Part shown: positions 56,728-64,000 of the stretch, in pieces
How the letters are laid out: every line of letters begins with the position of its first letter
How positions within the stretch are numbered: position 1 is the stretch's first letter
Source: Patescibacteria group bacterium
GTDB lineage: Bacteria; Patescibacteriota; JABMPQ01
Length of the DNA stretch: 64,000 nucleotides
Assembly (NCBI GenBank): GCA_041749335.1
Contig: JBGTBM010000007.1
Location: 21,408-85,407, forward strand
Direction of reading: 5' to 3'
The notes under the pieces: generated by a model
What the model was told of the DNA's origin: nothing
Databases searched by the model: none
Seen by the model: only the letters and a program-made list of their open reading frames with translations
Made by a program: the position numbers and the translations under genes

Positions 56728-58425
56728 ATGAGAATCTTTGCATTTGAGTTCTTCTTTTTTGTTGTCAGTGTTTTTGCGATTTTGGTATGTATTTCAACAG
56801 CAGTTTTGTTTGCGATTACTTACCGATTTGAAAAAAAATTAAGAACCATTTGGCGCGCATTAGGTTTTATGCTGTTGGCAATTTCCTGCTTCTTTTTTAT
56901 TCTGGAACGAAAATATTTAGACGTTGAAATTATTTCGGTCTTAATCTTTGCTTTTGCGGCCGTGGGGCTATACAGCATCTTTCGCGGCGTAAGGGCAGAG
57001 CCGCTGCTTTCACAATTGGCAAATATTAAGGAAAAAGCTAACAAGAAATACCAAGAATTTAATTTTGTAAAGGAATTTCGTGAACCGAGAAACCGCAATT
57101 TATTAATAATTGTTTTTACTATTTTATTGGTTGTGGGAATTGTTTCCGTAATTTTGACTTTTTTTAATCTTACTGTTTATGTGATACTTGCTCTAATTTT
57201 GCTGGCTTTTGTTTTCACGCTCGCTACTATGGTTATCCAAGTAAAAAGATATTTGGCACAAAGAAAAACCATTGGGATAAAATGCCAAAATTTGTGTCCG
57301 CTTCTCGGGTTTGTTTTTTTGGCATTGGCCCTTGTAAGTTCCTTTTTACATAGATTGCCTGAATCGGATTTGCTGTTTTTTAGGAATATGGCTTTGGATT
57401 ATAGCTGGGTATGGCATGCTACTATAGTTTTTCTTGCTCTGGCATTTGTATTTTTAGGATCTTGGGCTTGGGCTTATATAAAAATCAGAAGGCTTTTAAA
57501 AATATTTGTTGTTTTTTTAGCTGCAATAATTTTTGTTGCCACCCTAGGGTCTTTAATCTTTAATATATTTTTATTTAAAATTGTAGAAAAAAATAATTTG
57601 GATTTAATGGAAAAGGGCGCCGATACGAAGGAATTAATTATGTTAGATCGTTCAAATGTTTCCATGTTAATTGCCAGTTTGATTGCGGAAGATAAAGAAA
57701 TAATTTCCTTAATTGATGGCGAGGACTATAATTTATTATTAAAAAATACAACGGATTATTTAAATAAAACCAATGTGGATCGGATTAGGATCTTTAATAA
57801 ATACGGAGAAATAGTGGCCAGTCCCAATGATGAAAGGGATCGAGGCAGGGTATTAACTGATGACAGCCTGCTTGCTTACGCGATAAAAGAAAAAAGTCCG
57901 GTTAAATCATATCAAGTAGATAGTGCCGTATTGGTTGATATTTTAGTAGTAAGATCATTATATCCGGTAGTGGAGAATGACGAAGTTAAGGGCGTGGTTG
58001 AAGTAGGATATGTTTTTGATAACGCTTTTGCCGATTATATAAAATCACGGACCGGTTTAGATGTAACCATATTTGTTAATGATAAAAGATCGGCTACCAC
58101 AATTTATACGTTAGACAATGTATCGCGCTGGGCGGGAAGCAGTGAAACAAATAAAAACGTATTGGAAAAAGTTTTAAAAAATGGTGAAAGATTAAAGATT
58201 GATACCGAAAGGCTGGGAGTTACCTACTATAATTCATACAAGCCGGTTAAAGATGTAAATGGGAAAATTATCGGCATGGTTTCTGTTGGTATCCCCACTA
58301 ATATTTTATTTGAGGATGCAAGGCAGCAACTATTAAGTATTTTCTTGATTATTTCAATCATTGCGCTTTTATCCGCGGTTTTTGGAGCATATGTGCTATA
58401 TATTAAAAAGACTGGTAAAAAATAA
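56728..58425 (+). CDS. Polytopic membrane protein with Cache-like sensory domain and no output domain
   Basis: About 8 N-terminal TMs; GVVEVGY, TGLDVTIF...RSATT, Y.PVKDVNGKIIGMVSVG; ends after the final TM. Confidence 0.75.
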   Translation: MRIFAFEFFFFVVSVFAILVCISTAVLFAITYRFEKKLRTIWRALGFMLLAISCFFFILERKYLDVEIISVLIFAFAAVGLYSIFRGVRAEPLLSQLANIKEKANKKYQEFNFVKEFREPRNRNLLIIVFTILLVVGIVSVILTFFNLTVYVILALILLAFVFTLATMVIQVKRYLAQRKTIGIKCQNLCPLLGFVFLALALVSSFLHRLPESDLLFFRNMALDYSWVWHATIVFLALAFVFLGSWAWAYIKIRRLLKIFVVFLAAIIFVATLGSLIFNIFLFKIVEKNNLDLMEKGADTKELIMLDRSNVSMLIASLIAEDKEIISLIDGEDYNLLLKNTTDYLNKTNVDRIRIFNKYGEIVASPNDERDRGRVLTDDSLLAYAIKEKSPVKSYQVDSAVLVDILVVRSLYPVVENDEVKGVVEVGYVFDNAFADYIKSRTGLDVTIFVNDKRSATTIYTLDNVSRWAGSSETNKNVLEKVLKNGERLKIDTERLGVTYYNSYKPVKDVNGKIIGMVSVGIPTNILFEDARQQLLSIFLIISIIALLSAVFGAYVLYIKKTGKK

Positions 58426-58439
58426 TCTAATATATTTTT

Positions 58440-61400
58440 ATGACAAAAAAACTTAACCCGAAACAAAAAGAACTCAGAAGAGTTACAGCCTTTCTGATAA
58501 TGGTGTCTGTCGTTCTTATCGCCGCAATTGCTGCGGTGGTATATTTCAATGGCAAGAGTGTCGGAGACGTGTATTCAGATAAGCTGGATTATACCAGTCA
58601 AACCAATTTTTCTTATGACTTAACTAAGGTCAAAGTTGATAGAAACGGAGCGACTTTGAAAAATAACAATGACCGCGCTAGTATTATTCTCCTGAATCCT
58701 TTGAGAATTTCTGATAAATATCAGGGAGATATTATCGGAAGAATTTTAGAATTTGAAGAAGTGGCGGATAAATCTCCCGGCGCAGAAATATACTACCAAT
58801 TATCAGGCGATGGGCAGAGATGGCAATATTATAAAAATAATAAATGGCAGGATGTTGGATCATGCAGTGACTGCTACAATACTGCGGTGGAAGTAAATGC
58901 AAATATCCAAGACTTTTTAATAGAATCAGATGCTTTGAGCGTAAAAACTTTATTAGTCAGTTCCGATGATAAAAAGCCAACGCTGGAAACTATAAATTTA
59001 AAGATTAAGGGGGAGGACTGCAGTGCGATTAATCGCAGAATGTTAAGTGCCGACTATGTAGGAGCAGCTTCAGAATTATGGGATAAATCATCGCTTAGCT
59101 TTCGGTCTGGCTGTTCGGGTGACTGCGAGGAAATAACTGCCCTAGTTTGCAATGGCGATGGCTCGAAAGACATGGCGGGCCCAACTAATTACGAAGTATA
59201 TTATAAAGCGTCCGGTAATCCTAAAGATGGAATAGTAATAAGCAGCGGACAAATTCCTGCCTTACGAGCCGGGCAATGTCATACTTTATCTTACACTCCG
59301 ACGCAAGATGGCAATTATATGTTTAAGGCCTATCAGAGGCCCGGACATCCTGGATCGGGTGAATTATGGTCTAATGCCTGTGAAGGGATTGACATGAGTG
59401 AGTGTGAAGAACCTTATTGCGGAGACGGTAATCTTGACCAAGGCGAGCAGTGTGACGATGGTAACAATAATAATGGTGATGGTTGTGATGCGCAATGTGC
59501 TATTGAGCCTTATTGTGGTGACGGAAATTTAGATAGCGGTGAACAATGCGACGACGGCAATAATAGTAGTGGCGATGGTTGTGATGCGCAGTGCGTTATT
59601 GAACCATATTGTGGAGACGGTAATCTTGACCAAGGCGAACAATGTGATGATGGCAATAACAATGACGGTGACGGTTGTAGTGCGCAGTGTACTAAACCAG
59701 AAGCTTGTAATGATTATTGTAATGATTCTATTGGCTGTGATAATAATTTAATTTGTTCAGATAATCTATGTCGCAACAATGCTTGTACAGAAGAAGGAGA
59801 TTGCATATGTCCATTATGCGGCGATGGCAATTTAGATGATGGTGAGCAGTGCGATGATGGAAACAATATTGACGGCGATGGTTGCAGTGTTGCTTGTTCA
59901 ATTGAGATACAACCTTATTGCGGAGACGGTAATCTTGACCAAGGCGAACAATGCGATGATGGCAATAATAATAATAATGACGAATGTAAAAACAATTGCA
60001 CTTTAAACACTCACTGTGGTAATGGAATTGTAGAAGAGGGTGAAGAATGCGACGATGGTAACAGCGTGCAAAATGACGGTTGCAATAACCAATGTGAAAT
60101 AAATCAACCAATCTGTCATGCGACTAGTTCTCAACAAAATCCTTATAATATTATCTGGGTTGACGAGAATGGTAGAGATAGCGGCAATGTCGATCATACA
60201 GGTCATCCAAACGATATTATTCCTATTACCGATTTAAATGGAGATGGAGAAATTACTGAAGAGGATTGTGTTTATACAGAGCAATATTGCGGTGATGGCA
60301 ATCTTGATGGCGGCGAAGAATGTGATGATGGAAACAATAACAATGGTGATGGATGCGACGCTCAATGTACTATTGAGCCTTATTGTGGTGATGGAAATTT
60401 AGATAGCGGTGAACAATGCGACGACGGTAATAATAGTAATGGCGACGGCTGCGATGCGCAGTGCGTTATTGAACCATATTGTGGCGATGGCGAATTAGAT
60501 GAGGGCGAGCAGTGTGATGATGGTAACAATAATAATGGCGATGGTTGTGACGCGCAGTGTACTATTGAGCCTTATTGCGGCGATGGAAATTTAGATAGTG
60601 GCGAACAATGCGATGACGGCAATAATAGTAATGGCGATGGATGTAATGCGCAATGTTCGATCGAACCATATTTTGGAATATTTTTAGAGTGTGTTGACCC
60701 TGATGAGGATGGAGATGGATATTTAGCCAAATTTGGATATAAGTGGGATGGATCAGACCCGGTTGCAACCGAACGTAGTGACTTTATCGGACCCGTTACT
60801 GATATTAATCCACCTCAAACATTTGACCCAGGCCGATATTTATATGATGTAAATGTTGAGACAAATGGCAATTTAGTTTGGACTGCACGAATATCTAACA
60901 ATACAAAAACTACAACAGCTAATGAAAGTTATTTTAAAAGATGTACGCTTGAGCCAGCTTGTGGAAACGGAATATTAGAAAGCAATGAGCAGTGCGACGA
61001 TGGCAATAATACTGATGGCGACGGTTGTAGTGCAAGTTGTGAAACAGAAGTAGCCCCATATTGTGGTGATGGAATAGTAGAAGAAGGAGAACAGTGTGAC
61101 GATGGCAATAATAATGATGGCGACGGCTGTAATTCACAGTGTACAGTTGAAGAAGTTGAGCCATTTTGCGGTGATAATAATTTAGACGAAGGCGAACAGT
61201 GCGATGACGGCAATAATAATGACGGCGATGGATGTAGTGCTCAATGTAGCGTTGAACCATTTTGCGGTGATGGAAAAATTGACGATGGAGAGGAATGTGA
61301 TGATGGCAATGATATAAATAATGATTATTGCAGCAATGAATGTAAAATTGTGCCCCAGCCATATTGTGGTGATGGCAATTTAGACGATGGCGAGCAGTGT

Positions 61401-63137
61401 GATGATGGTAATACAATAAATGGTGACGGCTGTAGCAATATTTGTACCAAAGAACCTACGCCGAATTGCGGTGATGGCAATTTAGACGAAGGCGAACAGT
61501 GTGATGACGGCAATAATGTGAATGGCGATAGTTGTAGCGCTATATGTGAAACGGAAGCAGCGCCTTTCTGCGGCGATGGCAACTTGGATGACAATGAACA
61601 GTGCGATGACGGTAATACTTTAAGCGGCGATGGATGTGATACGAATTGCAATAACGAACCTGTTCCATTAGTGGTACCAACAAATATTGTAATTCCCGTT
61701 CCTGCTTCACCTGCGATAGTTCCTGATGTAATTGGATTTAATACAGGAGCTTGCGGAGTGAAATATTCGGATGAAAATATAACTTTCTCGGGATTTTTAA
61801 ATGGAAACTATGATGCAAATACCATATTGGAATATTCATTGACGGGAGGATTGAGTTATCGGCCAATACAAAATGTGCAAGGATTGGGAACAGGCGCCGC
61901 CACTTTTCAATTTACTTTGTCGGATTATCCCAGCGGCACATATAATTTAGAGGTAAGGGCTAGGTTGGCCGATGGCAGTATTGTAGGTTCTGTTAATTGT
62001 CCATTTAGTATTGATTTGGGAGATTTGATTTTTGGAGCCAATGAATTTGTTTTATCTTCTCAACAAGGGCCGATGATTAATACGGGGTTGATAGAATTTA
62101 GAAAAGATGAAGCGCAAAGATTATGGATTGAGGCGAAAGGCGCAACATCATTTATTGTCAACGCTTACAAAAATCCCGACTTTGAAAATATTTATAAAAC
62201 ATTTACTTTAGAATATGACGCAACGGATTTTAGGAAATTATGGACCGGCATGTTGGAGTTCTCTGAAACCGGAGTATATCGATTAGTGGGCATTATAAAT
62301 GGTCCCGGTGGAACTTATTCAAGAGAAATAAATTCCATTTTAGTAACTGAAGGTGCGGAGATTATTGATGAAGTGACTCTAACTGTTTATGAGAAAAAAA
62401 TAAATAAGGTCTTTGAGGTGTGGAATGGATCTGCATATGGACAAGCAAATCCATATATTTCTGAAGGCGGAAGATTCAGCTTTATCTTGCCTGAGGGGGA
62501 ATATTATATCAGAGCCTCAAGGGCAGGATATGCCACGCTAACTTCCCGCATTACTAAAATTAGTGATCAGAGCTTGGTAACGGCTGAAATTGATATGCAA
62601 AAATGGACTTTACTGCGCAGGATTACCTCGCTATTCAACCGCGGCCCTAATAATTTTGATTTAGAAGTAGCGGCTATTCCCAAATTCGAATTACTAAATG
62701 TCGGCGATTTAATGGAAAGTATCAATGGCGTTAATAGTAACGGTGAAAGATATGAATTGTTGGGCAAAATGGGTAATAATAATAAAGTTCTAATGGTTTA
62801 TAGCGATTGGAATCGGGAGGCGCAAGAACAAGCAGATAATTACATTAAAATAGTTATGGCATCCCGGGCTGATAATAATAATCTAAGTTTTGCCGCACTG
62901 GGAACGATGCCGCCGCTTAATACTATGCGGGTATTTAACGAAAGGGGCGGTTATGATTACGATTCGTCATTGTTAAACTTTTTTAAGCCCGAAGATATAT
63001 TTCATGAAAACTATATGTCAATCAGTTTGCCGCACTTTTATGTATTGGGGCCGGATAATAGATTAAAGGGTACAGTGGTTGGATCTTATCCTCCTAGCGA
63101 GCTGCTAAAATTGTTGCTTGATATAGCTAATCAATAA
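58440..63137 (+). CDS. Large surface protein with Myxococcus Cys-rich (DUF4215-type) repeats, TapA-like domain and C-terminal thioredoxin-like fold
   Basis: N-terminal TM; 17 CGDG.LD.GE.CDDGN....DGC...C repeats; WDKSSL...YMFKAYQRPGHPG.GELWS. Confidence 0.85.
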   Translation: MTKKLNPKQKELRRVTAFLIMVSVVLIAAIAAVVYFNGKSVGDVYSDKLDYTSQTNFSYDLTKVKVDRNGATLKNNNDRASIILLNPLRISDKYQGDIIGRILEFEEVADKSPGAEIYYQLSGDGQRWQYYKNNKWQDVGSCSDCYNTAVEVNANIQDFLIESDALSVKTLLVSSDDKKPTLETINLKIKGEDCSAINRRMLSADYVGAASELWDKSSLSFRSGCSGDCEEITALVCNGDGSKDMAGPTNYEVYYKASGNPKDGIVISSGQIPALRAGQCHTLSYTPTQDGNYMFKAYQRPGHPGSGELWSNACEGIDMSECEEPYCGDGNLDQGEQCDDGNNNNGDGCDAQCAIEPYCGDGNLDSGEQCDDGNNSSGDGCDAQCVIEPYCGDGNLDQGEQCDDGNNNDGDGCSAQCTKPEACNDYCNDSIGCDNNLICSDNLCRNNACTEEGDCICPLCGDGNLDDGEQCDDGNNIDGDGCSVACSIEIQPYCGDGNLDQGEQCDDGNNNNNDECKNNCTLNTHCGNGIVEEGEECDDGNSVQNDGCNNQCEINQPICHATSSQQNPYNIIWVDENGRDSGNVDHTGHPNDIIPITDLNGDGEITEEDCVYTEQYCGDGNLDGGEECDDGNNNNGDGCDAQCTIEPYCGDGNLDSGEQCDDGNNSNGDGCDAQCVIEPYCGDGELDEGEQCDDGNNNNGDGCDAQCTIEPYCGDGNLDSGEQCDDGNNSNGDGCNAQCSIEPYFGIFLECVDPDEDGDGYLAKFGYKWDGSDPVATERSDFIGPVTDINPPQTFDPGRYLYDVNVETNGNLVWTARISNNTKTTTANESYFKRCTLEPACGNGILESNEQCDDGNNTDGDGCSASCETEVAPYCGDGIVEEGEQCDDGNNNDGDGCNSQCTVEEVEPFCGDNNLDEGEQCDDGNNNDGDGCSAQCSVEPFCGDGKIDDGEECDDGNDINNDYCSNECKIVPQPYCGDGNLDDGEQCDDGNTINGDGCSNICTKEPTPNCGDGNLDEGEQCDDGNNVNGDSCSAICETEAAPFCGDGNLDDNEQCDDGNTLSGDGCDTNCNNEPVPLVVPTNIVIPVPASPAIVPDVIGFNTGACGVKYSDENITFSGFLNGNYDANTILEYSLTGGLSYRPIQNVQGLGTGAATFQFTLSDYPSGTYNLEVRARLADGSIVGSVNCPFSIDLGDLIFGANEFVLSSQQGPMINTGLIEFRKDEAQRLWIEAKGATSFIVNAYKNPDFENIYKTFTLEYDATDFRKLWTGMLEFSETGVYRLVGIINGPGGTYSREINSILVTEGAEIIDEVTLTVYEKKINKVFEVWNGSAYGQANPYISEGGRFSFILPEGEYYIRASRAGYATLTSRITKISDQSLVTAEIDMQKWTLLRRITSLFNRGPNNFDLEVAAIPKFELLNVGDLMESINGVNSNGERYELLGKMGNNNKVLMVYSDWNREAQEQADNYIKIVMASRADNNNLSFAALGTMPPLNTMRVFNERGGYDYDSSLLNFFKPEDIFHENYMSISLPHFYVLGPDNRLKGTVVGSYPPSELLKLLLDIANQ
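59408..61655 (+). repeat. Intragenic ~96-105-bp repeats encoding 17 Cys-rich units
   Basis: Visible in translation and DNA, e.g. 59500-59614 vs 60370-60484 nearly identical. Confidence 0.85.
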
Positions 63138-63166
63138 AAAAGATTCTATTTATTGATATCACAATA

Positions 63167-63200
63167 AAAACTCAGCCTGCCAAACAAGGCTGGGTTTTTT
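63167..63200 (+). terminator. Intrinsic terminator
   Basis: aaaactcagcct...aggctgggtttttt. Confidence 0.75.
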
Positions 63201-63304
63201 ATTAATTCAAATATTAAATTAAGAGAGATAAAATAAATATTTGTGAACAACCTGTGCATTTACTGTTGATCATTTTGAATATTTATTATACATTATCCAT
63301 TGTC

Positions 63305-63366
63305 TTGACACACATTAGATGTTATATTATCATTACGTGAGATACGAATAGTATCGTTCTTTAATA
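63305..63366 (+). promoter_or_regulatory. rRNA promoter and leader boxA
   Basis: TTGACA(63305)-17-TATCAT(63328); CGTTCTTTAATA at 63355-63366. Confidence 0.75.
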
Positions 63367-63493
63367 ACTAAAAGATGATAGCGGGTTAATATATCTTTTG
63401 ATATATTTTCCAACGTCAGTTTGAAGTTTAAATTTGTATTTTTTGGTAACTTAATTAAGTTACCTTGTTTTAAGAGCTAGTTAACTCTTATTT

Positions 63494-64000
<507 letters not shown>

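Noticed and set aside
59408-61655. Near-identical DNA repeats as a DGR template/variable pair or CRISPR
   Set aside because: They are in-frame coding repeats; differences are mostly synonymous C/T rather than adenine-specific, and no reverse transcriptase is in the window.
164-62767. Numerous short antisense or alternate-frame ORFs in the ORF track (e.g. 164-508, 6269-6781, 37679-38047, 60934-61416)
   Set aside because: They overlap well-supported genes and read as shadow frames; the His/Cys-rich ones are antisense artefacts of the Asp/Gly/Asn repeats.

Overview
AT-rich bacterial chromosome segment in standard genetic code. Gene content and style (short IF-2, compact SMC, degenerate DHH paralogue, PilB-type ATPase, SD-less AT-rich leaders) suggest Patescibacteria/CPR, probably Parcubacteria; this is inference. 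Housekeeping blocks: infB-rbfA-nrnA-cdaA-cdaR; gyrA-rpmF-bactofilin; rpsA; tilS-ftsH; uppP-tsaE-trxA; gdhA; pilB; tsaD; nusB-rnc-smc-rpsP-khpA-trmD. The window also holds tRNA-Glu(TTC), the 5' ~500 nt of a 16S rRNA gene, a CsoR-CopA copper operon and two large repeat-rich surface proteins. Main leads: (1) six to seven dispersed orphan genes share a sigma70 promoter / rrn-type boxA / strong AGGAGG / ORF / terminator layout that housekeeping genes lack; (2) a GIY-YIG nuclease sits inside nested REP-like repeats; (3) an array of small membrane/secreted orphans is punctuated by dif-like sites; (4) a Bacillus TapA-like domain lies inside a 17-repeat Cys-rich protein. All homology calls are by eye; no searches were run.
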